A stretch of 64,000 nucleotides of DNA from Paraspadella gotoi (Eukaryota; Animalia; Chaetognatha). The stretch lies in NCBI GenBank assembly GCA_051294375.1, contig CM119267.1:21335755-21399754 (forward strand). Reading direction: 5' to 3'. Below the pieces are notes generated by a model. It was given only the letters and a program-made list of their open reading frames with translations, ran no database searches and had not been told where the DNA came from. Positions 1 through 13,917 of this stretch are shown piece after piece. The first letter of the stretch is position 1. Each line of letters opens with the position of its first letter. The position numbers and the translations under genes were made by a program.

Positions 1-875
1 TAAGGTCAGTTTTTTCAGTTTTCTATATTAAAGACCATCAACTGATTAAGCGATGTTCGGCCACACCAGCTTTGGGGCGGAGCCTAATCACATCCCGGGG
101 TGACGTCTGGTTTCCGTCGTGTTTTATCGCCAATGACGACGACTACGACGACATGGTCGGGGACGAATCTGTTTGTTCTCTACCCTTTTGACTAAAAGCT
201 CTGTTATCAATTCAGCTCTTCATTGTTTATCCTCCTTCGCCCCGGAATAGGGTGGGATGTCGGGGGAGTGGAGCCTGTTCCTAGGGAATGGTGCGTTTGG
301 AAACTGAGGATGGGATCTCGCGCTGAATGTCCAATTGCCAATCGTTTTCTGACTCATGTTTCGTTGATTAAATCAAAAAGGAATTCGGAATGGAGTTTCG
401 CGGGATCCTTGGCTTTGAGGTCCAGATTTTTTCTATTATTTTTTTTCCTCTTTTCCTATCTTTATAATTTATTTATTTTTTCTGTTCTCTTTTTCTTTTT
501 CTCTTTCCCTATTCCACAATCTATTCCATTCGCGAAAACGTAGCAAAGAAGCAAAGAAGAAATCAAATCATCGTTCGACCCCCGTCTCGTTCGCGCCGCT
601 TTATTACCTCCCAAATTATCGACTAAACGTAAATAAATCTTTTCCTCTCCCTCCACCCCCTTCTTCCAACCCTCCCTTCGCTTATCTCCCTCGTCCCGTA
701 GCGCTTTTTAATGACGATTTTTTTTACGGCGTGGCGCTCGTAAATTCTGACGGACGGATGAGAGGGGGCGCCGGGTTTATTAAGTGAACGAAAACCAGAG
801 GGAATTTCGAGTAATAAAAAAAAAAGAGCAACGAACTGACAGGGGGGGAAAGCGCCAAATTTTAAAGCTTACTCC

Positions 876-1085
876 TTTTCAGTTACGCCGTGAGTACTCG
901 CGGTGAAGCTTTATAAGTAACTTTTCGGTCGGTGTGTCTGTTTGTCGGTCGGTCAGTCCATTAATCTGTCTCACTTATATTTTAAATGCTTATAAGTCAG
1001 GTAATGTTATATCAAGTACTTTCATATTTGGTAGGAAGGTAAGGTATCCTTGCACCTTTCATTTGCAGTCGCATGATCACTTATA
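876..1085 (+). mobile_element. Helentron-associated (HINE/DINE-1-like) non-autonomous element, family A
   Basis: T-run, then hairpin CCGTGAGTACTCGCGG, a GTCG/GTCT microsatellite (cggtcggtgtgtctgtttgtcggtcggtc) and TTCATATTTGG. Homologous to 35440-35660 and 52270-52450. Boundaries approximate. Confidence 0.5.
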
Positions 1086-3384
1086 AAATAAAATATATGA
1101 TTAAAAATTCGATGAGTAATAATTTATGAAATACTTAGATATTTTGGATAATACTTGACAGTGACGAGTAAAAGCTTCTTTTACTCATCAACCATAAAAT
1201 GTTTGTGATATAAATATTTCATAGTTATATAAAATATACATGTTAAGAAAGTCATTGCGGTGCAACACATTTGATTTGAATTACTGCTCTTGTTTCCAAC
1301 CAAAAAGGGAAAAAAGTCGAAAATTTATGGCGCGCGTCTAGACGTTTGCCGACGCGTCTTTATTATTCGACTCTAGACTTGGCCGAGCGGTTTTTTTTTT
1401 TCCTCCCTTCATCTGACGTTTCTCTCCGCTCCTTGGACCCCGCCCTGCGGTTCGCCTTTCCTCGCCTCGTTTTTCCTTTTTTTCCCCTTTTTATTAGTCT
1501 TTTTTCCTTTTTTTCCCACGGTTGTCTCTCGTCCCAGACGCGTCGGTGTTACCTTTTTCCATTCGTAAGTCGGCTAACTCGGGGTTCTCGGATAAATCAT
1601 AACGTTTATTCTTTCTCAATTATTATTCACATTTACTTCACGCCCACTCCGTTTTTTACACAGTGGATAATGGCACCATTGGCCCATTTTATTCGTCGCG
1701 TTCTTCACTTTCCTCCATTGCGACTCTGGGCGATTTTTCCTGTCAAAATCCGGTCTCTCTCTCACTCTCTGATTCTCTCTATCGCTCTCTCTTTCCCTAC
1801 TTCCTATTCCTCTTTTTTCTTTTCCTCCCGCCCTCTCTCCTCGCCTTCTATTTTCTTCACTAAAGCTGTAATTTTTCTCTAAAATTGTTTACACCAAACA
1901 AAGTGGTGTATTCATTTTGTTTCGAAGCGATTTTTTACTTTATTTTTATAAAAAGTATTGAAAGCGATTTTCGACTAAATTCGTAGTTACTAGTTTCCTC
2001 TTCAGTTTTCTTTTTTGTCTTCTATTTTAAAAAGTATATTTCGTTGACGAATGCTTGTCAGAAAAAAAATATAATTCGTAACAAAAATATAACTTTAACT
2101 TTAAAACAAAACTCAGCTCTCGACATGTTATTTTATTTTGACGTTCTAGTAAAGAGCGCCCGAAATTTGTTTAAACATTTTGACATTCTTTAGATTTATG
2201 TAAAATTTGCTTGGACCACACTGTCCAATTAAAACGTCCCCCAGGACGGAAACCCACTCGGATAACCTTTATTTTCGAATCTTTAAATCCCGATTTATCT
2301 TTCGTTTAACGCTGATAGCGATATTATTTCAAGGCAAAGAGTGAAGCCGAGAGAGATAGCGTGAAACTGAAAATACGAATAAGATTTGGAAAACTGACGC
2401 TCGGACGTCCAAGACTTGGAAGCTCCTCTCACATCGATCATCCTTGAAAGATAATCACAATTTTTTTTTCCTAATCGTATCGAACTTTTGCATCTGCCAG
2501 TAAATTTTTATAATCTAAAACACGATTCCTGTCAATTTGATATTAATTCTTCAATAATCATTATATTATTTATTTTCGTCAGATGGGCACGTGATTCTAT
2601 GTCTTCCGCCATGGCTTCCGCCCCGCACCATATTCTTCTCAAGGAGCCTCCCGACATTTTGGGGCCGCCTTCCGGCGCCGTCTTCGTTAGGGAATCGGCT
2701 CTCGTCGGCGTCTCGGCGAAACAGTCTCGAAAAATTTGGCGTCCTCACCATTCGCGAAGAAATCGTCGCCCGGTAGGCGGCGCCCTTGACGCCAAAGTCG
2801 GCGACCTTTTCCGGGGCCCGAATTCAGCCGTGGAGGATGTCAATCATCTAGAGACGCCTTCGTGGCGTCGCCATCGAGCAGCGGATTTGGATGCGCGTCT
2901 CGAGCCTCTCCGTCAATCCAGTCTTCCATGGCGTCCTCGTCCTTGGCGAGCGAGTCGGTCTTCGCCTCGTCACACGTCAGAGTCATCACATCTTTCCCCG
3001 CGTCCAACTCGAACTTTCTTCAGATCTCAGAATCCTCAAAATCGATCGCTCAATTCGCCCGCGATTTTCGAGACGCCGCCGACGACGTCTCTCGCTCCAT
3101 CGCCAATAACTTTCATTTTCGATAGTGAATGGATTAAAAACCAATTTTACCTAAAGTTACCAGACTATCGAAGACGAAAGACTTTCCAAGAATGTGTTGG
3201 AGGATCGACGAAGCGATCGTCGATCGAAACGAGTCCCTCGACGTCGACTTCGAAACCCTCGCCCGCCGCCCAGTCTAACCCATCGCCGACAACCTCGTCG
3301 TCATTGTTCTCTCAGGTCAAACGCCCCTTCGTCCCGCCGCGCCCTCGCCACTTCCGCCGCCGCCTCCCTTCTCCCCCGCTGCTG

Positions 3385-6300
3385 ATGTCTTTCCTCATTT
3401 TGTGCTGCTGCTTCTGCGCCGCTTTCGCCCCCGCCGCCGCCCGCGCTTTGTCGTCCGTCACCTTGCGTCGCCGCCACTCGCCGAATGAGTTGATCCAGTG
3501 TCCTGGATTGGATTGTCCCAAGGATCCCTTAGAGTACGATCCTCCGGCCGGAGAAGGTATGCATGGTATGCATGATCGAATGAGGTGAAGCTCGAGGAAA
3601 AATAGATAAAAATCATAAATTTGTATATAAATAAATAAATATATATAATATATGAAATTGGTACAACCAATATAAAAATTATCCATTCATTTAATAAATA
3701 AGCTATCTTGCCCCTGACTTTGGACAGGCTTTGGTGGTTTAAGGCCTCCATCACATATTTAAGAAGATTATTAGGACAAAGTAAATTCGTTCAATTAATG
3801 AGAAATAACATTAGTCACTACGAGAAAATGAAAAATAATTGCAAATGACATTTTATGAATTTTGGAAGGAAGGAAAGTGCTTCCCTGTTACATGTAGTTG
3901 TACTGAAAAAGTTAAAATTTAAACATTTTCCTAAGGTCGTTCTTTCTATTCGGTTCCCCCCAAAATGCTTCAATTTGCCGTAAAAAAAAAAAAAAAAACC
4001 GTGACCCTGAATCGATTTGTAACAAATTGAAGTCGGTCGATGTTTCGTTTTTTGGGTCGAGATTGAATGATGGAGTTCCGACGAAAAATGGCAAATTTCG
4101 AGGAAAACAAAATTTTGACGCGAAAATTGGGGAAAGGGATAAAAAATGCTGGTGTTTTGAAGCGATGTTGGTTAATGTTGGGTAATTTTCTTAGCGACGG
4201 GCGTGAATTTTATGAAAAGAAATATCGTGAAAGAGAAAAAATTTTTTTCGCAAAATTTTTCGAATTCCGAATGTAAGGGGTATGGAATTACTCGGTTTTT
4301 TTTCCATGCTTGAAAGAAAAGGCCTGGGGCTTGTTTTTGTTAGCCTGAAGAATAAAAAAAATAAGAAGTGTTCGTGTGAGTCATTAAAATTACCATTTTC
4401 TCGGTTTATTTCTCATTGACATATTTAAAATATATAATAAATATGACACTGAATTCTCAATTTCATTGTTTGCTCTTAAAAAGCGAATTTACGATAAGAA
4501 TTTTATTCGCTTATTGACACTTTTAAAATCAGTCGCGGGAAGAGAGGAAATGGTCTTAAAAAGGTCCTTAATCCGACTTCGGATTTGAACCCATTTCTTG
4601 AAAAAATAAAATCCATTTAATTTTAATGCCATTTAGTATTTGTGAACGTGTGCCGAGAGTCGCTTTTGGGGAAATGCGTCTCCGAAGAGAAGTATACTTG
4701 TAAGTTCTCACAGCCATGTGGCCGCCAACTTCTCGTCGTCCCCGTCTCCACTCCTTCCTCTACACCTCCTCTTCATCTCTCCCACCCCCTAATTCCATTG
4801 TCGCCTCCATCTCCCTTACACACCCCCCTCCCTTTTTTCCATTAATTCTCAAGTTTCCATCTCTCTCTGAAAGTCACGCTTCAATCGAGCCAACTCTCAA
4901 CGATCCGCTCTGCAGGCGAAATCAAAAACGTGACCGTGGCCGCCATCTTGCCTTGCGACGACGGCTACCTCTACTCGATCAACCACGTGAGGTTCGCCCT
5001 TGACGTCGCCGTCGTCAAGATCCGCAGCGACGGCCTTCTCCGCCGTCACAGGATCAGGATATTTTACGCGGACTCGGGGCCCACCATTTATTTCCCCATG
5101 AAGGAGGTTTGTGGGGGAAGAGTTTTTGGGTCGGTGGAGTTTCACTTTTATTGAAACTTTGGCGAGGTGGTGTGGGGGTGATGTTATAACTTTGAGTTGG
5201 AGATCACCATTTTATCGGAAAGGGTGTTACGGATGCTGTTTGCATTTCTTTGTGATTCAAGCGAGGTAATTTTGCTTTAAGGGTAAAGTTGTTTGCAAAG
5301 ACGTTCAGGGGAAAAAACCGTTTGGTTGGCGTGGTGAGATTTCTTCTCTTCTTTATTGACTTTATTCTGAATATCGAATAATGAATTTAAATTGAAGAAA
5401 GGAAAAAAGTTTTCTAACCAGATATTTTGTAAACTAAAAGTCTTGGTTATTCCTACTGTGGCTCTGCTTAATACATTGTTTTCCTTATCTTTATTTATTT
5501 AGCTATTCTTTCTAAAATGAAATGAATCTCCGATAATATAAGTTGTGTTCTTAAAATATAATTATACCAACTTTGATAAAAGAATTATAGGCTTTGTCAT
5601 TCTAATTGAAAGTTTCTCCCCTCCGACAGAATTTCGCACATATAACGCTATTAAAAGCAGCAGCGGTTAGCTTTTTCTCGTTAAGCCTTTGTAGAATTTA
5701 ATGGTAACTCATTGTTGAGGGCTGGAGAGAAAGAATTGCAAGAATGAGAGAGATCTTTCTTTACTTTCGAGAAAGAAAAAATGAAAGATGTCTTTTGTAG
5801 CCGCCATTTTTTATATGTATGGATGAATGTAAAATCCTAAATAATACATCCCTTATACAATATATATATTTAGGCCTTAGCAAATTTCATAAAGTTTTTT
5901 ACAGAATTTAGCACTATAGTACAAATTAGTCCCCTATATGCTACTATTTTTTTCTATCTTTGTTTTTTGAAAAATCGATCAAAAAGTGCTTGCAACTCTT
6001 CAAAATTTGCAAAAAAAAACGGTTTTTTTTCATTAAAAATGATAGATATCTTAAAAAATATCAGTCGGAATCAAATTTAACCTGCGTCAATTTAAAGAGC
6101 GAAAAAAATACTTCATTTTACATACTTTTATTTTTAAAAATCCAAAAAATACTTTTCCAATTACTTACAATTTGAATGTTTATATATCTATCATTATCTA
6201 CAAAACATAAGCTTTAATTTGAGACCTCTACCAACTTTTTACGATTTTTTTTATTATTGAATTATACGTAAAAATTAAATTTTTTTAAAAAAAAAGATTA

Positions 6301-9300
6301 ATCAATTAGTACTTTTAAATAAAATATTTTTTAAAAATAAAGATACAAAAATACAGTTCTACTTATAAGGCTTTAAAACAAATGTTTAAAATAAAAAATA
6401 ATATAAAATTATAATAAAAAATAAATAAAACAGATTATTAACTTTATTTTATTATAAAAAATATATGATGTTTAATTAAAACTTAATCTCAAATAAAATA
6501 ACAGGTATATAATAATAATAATGAAATAATAAAATAACTGATATATATTAGTTGAGTGCTTTATTTCAATCTCATATCCAGCTTTTAATAGTAATAATAT
6601 TTGTTATTATTTATGAAAAAAAATATTTTTTAAAAAAATATATCATTAAAAAATGTTAAAATCTTTTTCTGATCTTTAATTTTATAATATTTACCCACTT
6701 TATCTTCATTCCCAATCCTATAAAGTTGTAGTTTGACTAAAGCTTCATGGTTTAGCAGATTTTTTTTAAATGATTTTGGGTCCTAATAATTTGAGATTGG
6801 ACAAATGCGGAATAAACTGGTAACATTTTTAGAACCTGTTTAATCTCAGCTTTCAGCCAAAAAATTTAAATGGAAAACAGCCATAGTGAGTACTTTTTTA
6901 AAAACTACCTTACAAATATGTAATTTAAGTAGATATCCAGAATAATAACCTGTTTTCAAAAAGTATAGAATAATTCTTACTTTTTATATGACGTATCAGA
7001 TTTTAAGAGCAAGATCTTGCAAAAAATAATATAATTAAATCAAAACTCTGCAAAGGCTTTTAGATAAAAAGAATTAATCAAATGTAACAAGAATTCACTA
7101 CCAGAAATAACAAAATTTAATTTTTAATCTTTTTTTCATTTGATGTAAGAATAAAATAACTGAGCAACATAACTTCAATAAATTTTTACATTAACTACTA
7201 GAATTGCATTTTTTAATTGTGGATCTATTAAATCAGTCTGTTTTTAACTTTTTCCTTCCTTTTTTTTAATTTTATATTCGAGAAAGCAAAGTGTTTTTGA
7301 AATTGTTACGATTTATTTTTATTTATTTATTTATTTTAGTAGTGATAGTGAATATGCTTATAATTTGAATGTCTATAAACTTTATATGTCAAACATTATC
7401 TACAAAGCATAAGCTTTAATTTGAAACCTCTCCTAACTTTTTACGATTTTTCTTTATTGAATTATAAGTAAAAATTTAAATAGAAAAAAAATTATTCATT
7501 TAATAATTTCAAATGGATTATTTCTTAAAAATTAAGATACAAATATGTTCTATACATAATACAAATGCAGTTCTACTTGTTAGGCTATAAAATAAATTTT
7601 ATTTTTAATTAATAATAATTTTATTATAAAATATTTGAAAAAATTAAAAAAATATTTTTTTAAAACTATTAATATATATTTTATTCAAGTATTAAAAGTT
7701 AATGCATTATACTTGTTAATATTTTGGAACATTTTTTATTAACAATATATATCAAATAAGCTACTGTATTATTATTATTTTGTAAATATTTTTTTTCATA
7801 AATAATAACAAATATTATTACTATTAAAAGCTGGATATGAAGATTGAATTAAAGCACTCAACTAATATATACCTGTTATTTTATTTGAGATTAAGTTTTA
7901 ATTAAACATCATATATTTTTTATACAATAAAATAAAGTAATAAAATAAGTTAATAATCTGTTTTATTTATTTTTTATTATAATTTATATTATTTTTTATT
8001 TTAAACATTTGTTTTAAAACCTTATAAGTAGAACTGTATTTTTGTATCTTTATTTTTAAAAAAATATTCTATTTGAAAGTACTAATTGATTAATCTTTTT
8101 TAAAAAAAATATATAATTTTTACGTATAATTCAATAATAAAAAATTGTAAAAAGTTGGGAGAGGTCTCAAATTAAAGCTTATGTTTTGTAGATAATGATA
8201 GATATATAAACATTCAAATTGTAAGCACACAGACAAAAATAATAAATAAATATTTTTTCAAAATTTTTTCAAGATTTAACAATTCATTGCTCCTGAACAA
8301 AATTAAAAAACTAATACCTATTTACGCCAATAGAAAGCCATTTACTCTAGAGGATTTAGTCTGTTTTTATACCTTATTTTATATTATTTTCAAAGTTATA
8401 AAGGGAAAATAAAAAAATGTGACTTAAAAATGCCGAGAATTCGGTTTTTTAAACATCAATAATTGGAAAAGTATTTTTTGGATTTTTAAAAATAAAGTAT
8501 GTAAAATGAAGTATTTTTTTTGCTCTTTAAATTGACGCAGGTTAGATTTGATTCCGACTGATATTTTTTAAGATATCTATCATTTTTAATGAAAAAAACC
8601 GTTTTTTTTGCAAATTTTGAAGAGTTGCAAGCACTTATTGATCGATTTTTCAAAAAACAAAGATAGAAAAAAATTAGTAGCATATAGGGGACTAATTTGA
8701 ACTATAGTGCTAAATTCTGTAAAAAACTTTATGAAATTTGCTAAGGCCTAATATATATATATACCTTAGACCCTTTTCTTTAGTTCTTCTTCTTACCTGT
8801 CAAAAGAAGACGCTCTCCAAGAATCTCGGCTGTAATGGGACTTTCGGCACTGAAAAATCGAACCCGACGTGAGAGCGTGAAAAATTTCTTGTTTCTCACG
8901 GCGACTTGGCCTTGGCAATTTTTTTTTCGTGCCGAATTTCAATGACGCTTGAGCGTGTTGAAATTTTCTATAGATTAGGAAAATTTTCGACAGCGCTCTG
9001 GGTTCTGAAAGGAACTATGACAGCCTTCGTTTATTCTCCTTTACTGTTTAGAGTAAATGCTTGATCAATTTCCAATTAATTAAGCGCGCGAGCTTTTTTT
9101 TCTTTTATCTTTCTTATCCCCCCCCCAGAAACGAAAGGAAAAGAGCAGAAGGCCGACCGTATGGCGTTTGACGAACTTGTTAGTTGTCAACATTCGCCGC
9201 CCGCGTTGGGGCTTACGGCGGAAAAAGCGGCAGCACCGGGGCCCCTTCTGGAGGAAGAGGTCTGGGCCCAGAAAAAATCGAATTTAAGAGGGGCTGGAAA

Positions 9301-12300
9301 AGGCGGGAACTTTTTATTATTCGTCCAAACAGAGAAGCGGAGAAGCGCGGAGAGAGAGGGCAAACAAGGCCAAGCCTAGAATGAGAATATATTCTCGCCC
9401 ACCCGCCGGTGGGCGCCGTTTGTTTTCCTTTTTTTTCGCCGCTCCGTCCCAATATTTTTTTTTCTTCACAATAACCGGTCAAAGAGTCCTAGGTTCGCGC
9501 TCAAATTGTATTAATTTTATCCATCTCGCTCCAGGCTGTTTGAAATTGATTTCTTGAAAGTGTCATCTTTGAAAGGCAATGATATGAGGACGGGAGACTG
9601 AATATACATAAGGCTTGCTCATCGTTCATCATCATTAATCTTAATCCATTTCGCTCTCGTCTCTCCTTGGATCTCTCCTATCTCTCTCTCTTTTTCTACT
9701 TTTGGCTCCTTCCTATCCTCACCTTTTCTATATTTTTTACCTCTTCTTTTCCGTACATTTCTTTCTAAATATCATTTCATTCTCTCTCTCTCTCTCTACA
9801 CCCTACCACTCCCTTCTTTTTCTTCCTCGTGCCGATCTCCCCCTCTCTCTCCCTCCCATACTTACTCTCCTCAGGCGATAGAACTGATGAAAGAAAACGA
9901 GGTGAACGTGTTCTTGGGACCCGTGAATGACTATTCAGTGGCTTCGCTCGCGCGGCAGGCATATTTCTGGGACGTGCCCATCATTAGTCCAGGTGGGTGC
10001 AGTCGTTTGCAAACTGAGAAGAGAGAAAAACTGAGCGTGAAAGAAAAAAAAACCTTAAAAAAAAAAGAGAAAGAAAAAATAAAGAAATGTTCCTTTCCGC
10101 CCGGTCACCGCCGACGAGATGGAAATGGGCTTTTAATGGGCCTCTTTAAATCCCGGCGGCCCTTTGAAGGAGCTCGTAAATTAGTCCAGACTTAGTCATA
10201 AGTTAAAAAGAGAATTTGCACTGATCGTTTACTTGAGTTACGGTTATTCAATTTTAACGGCCTTTTCATGACAATTTTTTTTTCTTCCTCGATTGCATTC
10301 TTGGTTGATTGCACTCATTGTTTTACGATTCAGGCGCCATGGCGGGAGATTTTTCCATGAAGGAGGCGTCTGGTTGTCGTCCTTTCAAGCCGGATCAGTA
10401 TCCGACGCTCACCCGAACCGGGAGCACGCACGACCAAGTTTGTGACGAAAATTCAATTTATATATTGTTGTCGCTTTGTATCGTTTTTTTAATTTTTAGT
10501 CGATTTGAAATTTCCATAAATTTGTTTTTAACATTGTATTGCTTTGTATTATATGTTAAAATCGCTGACTTATGTGACTAAATATGAAGTAAGATATATA
10601 TGTACATTTGCATATAGCATTTATAGCCGTAATTTCCTTTAAAAAACGTTTTGTTTTTCGTATTTTAAAATAAAACAAAGACACACCTACTTTATATTCA
10701 TGATGTAAATAATATTCTGTCTCCAGGTGGCGAGCTTCGTGATCAAAGTGATGGACCATTACCGGTGGACGCGAGCCAAGCTGGTCCTGGCGCCGGAGGG
10801 TCATCCCGAAATCGGCGCCAAGTTCTGCTACCTGGCCGCCAGCACCATAGTCCGACTGGTCCAACAGGATCGGCGCCACAGAAACAAGACGCTCACTGAT
10901 TGGAACTTTGGCAGCGACAATCTCACTAAGGAAGAGTTGAAGACCGGACTCAAGTGAGACGAGGGGAGCATAGTGATCAGGATTATAATCGGTTTGAAGA
11001 CGTATTTACGGTAGTGGTCCTTTTACAGAATTGAAACTGACTTTAAAATGTTATACCACCTCACCACTTCATTGATAGGAAAGCCAGGTGCTCTGAGAGT
11101 GAATAAACAAGACTGTGAGAGCGAATTGATTGACAGCTTTGGGTTCTGCTGGGTTCTGCTATAGCCTGTCCATTGTCCAATGCCAGGGGGCCAAGATAGC
11201 TTATTTATTAAAAGAATGGATAATTATGCCCAAAATAGAAGCAGTGATCAAACCGCCCTTGATTTTCCCCAGCCAGGAGGTCGGCAACAGCTTCTCCATC
11301 GTCATCCTCTGCGCTTCGCCGTCCACGACGAGGAAATTGATGATCGCCGCTCAGGAGGCCGGATACATTAACGGAGAATACGTGTAAGCCTGTCCGTTGG
11401 TGCTGAGGTGAATGGCGTCGTTGATTTGTGATTTGTGAGCCGTGAGCCGTGTTTGACCTTGAGTTGGCAATCATAACAATCACTTTAGGATAAACTTTAA
11501 ATAGTCCAATGGATCAATCCTTGGTTCATTCCTTCTCCTGCTTATTTTTAATTAAATATTATTGTATTTTAACATTTGTAAATATTTTTCCCCCCCGTCT
11601 CCCCTCAGGTTTCTCAACATAGACATCTTCAACAGCGTGAGCAGCGAACTCGCCGCCGGCCGGTCGAAGAAGGCGCGAAGCGTCGGGGACGAGTACTCTC
11701 GATCCGACGATGACAAATTGAGGGAAGGTGAGTCTTGGGTGAGGAAAATGATAGGGAGGGAAGAATTCTGAGGTGTTGGAATTAAAAGGTAGTGAAATGG
11801 GAAAGTTGATTTTAAAAAAATGAAAAGATGAACTTTATGAATGAAGGGAAATGAATTTCAAAGCCAAAGATGGGGAAAAGAAAAGGTGATAAAAATGAAT
11901 GAAAACGGGGGGAATAAGTCACGAACTGTGAAAGACGAAATGGTGAGGACTGAAGCGTAAGAAAAAAAGCGGGAAGGGTAAATGTCACGAAAGTCTGAAA
12001 GCGGTAAGAAATCGATGGAAGTAAAAAAAGACAAATTCGTTTAAAAAGTTTCTTAAAAAATCTTGAGCCATCTCTTCTATTTATAGCTTGAATAGGAGGA
12101 GAGCGAAAGAAATAAGAAAAAAATTTCAGCCTTCTGCGACAGAACTGACAATGGTGGCTGGAGGGGATGGTTTAATTTAAGTCGTTTCCAGTTAATTAAG
12201 GGGACCCCCTTATCGCCTTTTCGTTCTTTAACTAGCGGAGAGGCTTTCGGCTCTCGGCAATTTGTCACTTTTAAGCGATTTTTTTTAGTTCTCCATTTGC

Positions 12301-13875
12301 CTAATAATTCGGGTATTAGACATAATTTGGGGGTTAAAAACGACTTTTCATAAAGGATAATGACTTTTTCTCTCTTTTCCATCAGCGCTGAAATCGATGA
12401 TGTTCATTACGACCCGACAAACAAACAATCACGTCAGTTTTTCTGAAGATGTTAAAAAGTTGGCCGATAAAGATAACAAGGTAAGGAAACTGCGTGAATT
12501 TTGGTCTTAACTAATCTACAACCTTTTCAGGCTTTTTAATTTTTTAAAATTTCTATTAAAATTTTCATTGAACTTAAAAATTAAACAAATCTTTTTTTAA
12601 ATTTCCATTGATACTTTTTGAGTTTTTTTCCCAATTTTAGCCGGTTTCAAACCTTAACTGAAACTTCTTTTCATAATCCTCCTTTATCACCTTCCTGTCC
12701 TTTCTCTAATCTCCTTTTTTTACCAAGGCTTTCCATCATTTCTAATCCCCCTTCTTTTCCACTCTGGCATCCAATCATTATTAATCCGTTTTTTTTTTTT
12801 TACATCGCAGTGTCAGTTGGAAACTTACTCGGTTTTAATCCCGAACTTCTCAATTTTTTTTTATATTATATTGTAATATTTACTCCATCAATTCCGTAAC
12901 TCTTTGCAGGGTCACCTCTTCTCAAACACTTCCCACAACAACCTCTTCCTCTCCTCCTTCCACGACTCCTTCTACTGGTACGCCAAGACGCTCGACGAGG
13001 CGCTGCGGGATGGCGTTTCCATCGAAAACGGGAACGAGATCTCTCACCGGATGTGGAACGGCTCGTTTGAGGGCGCTACCGGTAAAGTATTTTTGTAATT
13101 GAACTGACTGTTGAATGAGTTCATGAAATTTGAAAAGCATCGTAGTAGTTCGTGCGCTGTAACAACATAGAATGACGAGAAAAAGGTTTTGCATGCCCTT
13201 TGAACATTATTGACAATTTTTATTTTTCAGGCAAAGTGAACATTGACGCCAAGGGCGACAGGATCGTCGACTACAGTCTTAGCGCCTACGATCGTCAGTC
13301 CAATCGATTCGTGGTAAAGGGTGGATACTTGATAGTGGGTGTTCGTTCGGGTCGGGTCGTTTAAAGATGGAGGGTCATAAAATCGGTGTGGTCATGAAAG
13401 ATAATTTGAAGAGCTGAATTAGAATGGGGATGTTTTGAATACGTGAATTTATATCAAAAGCTGAAAACAGTAAATCAAATTCTTTTTTCCCCCGTTCTAC
13501 TTAAAGGTCGTGGCTGAATATTCGGGCAGCAATGGCACAATTTCTACAGCTCATCCCCACAAGAACTATCTTAAAATCTGGAAGGTGAGACTCTTGTGTT
13601 TTTGTTTGTTTATTTATTCTTATTAACTAATTGAATCAGTTCGAATCCGGATTTAGGACGCGAGGAAAGAAATCCCCGCTTTTTCTGCGTCATTTGCTTC
13701 TTTTTTACTTCATTTACTTCTCCAATTTATTTCTTTCTCGCTCCCTTTGTAGCTGGACTTTCTTTTTAACTGGGATTTTTAAATTTCTTTTTTATTTTCC
13801 TCCCACTTCCTTCTCGTTGGTAATTTTTCCACTGGATTTTTCTCCTTCGGGGCTTTTCAGGCTCGCTTTTCTTTT

Positions 13876-13917
<42 letters not shown>

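Noticed and set aside
5960-8683. Two near-identical small ORFs on opposite strands
   Set aside because: They simply reflect the inverted arms of the foldback element; no coding signature.
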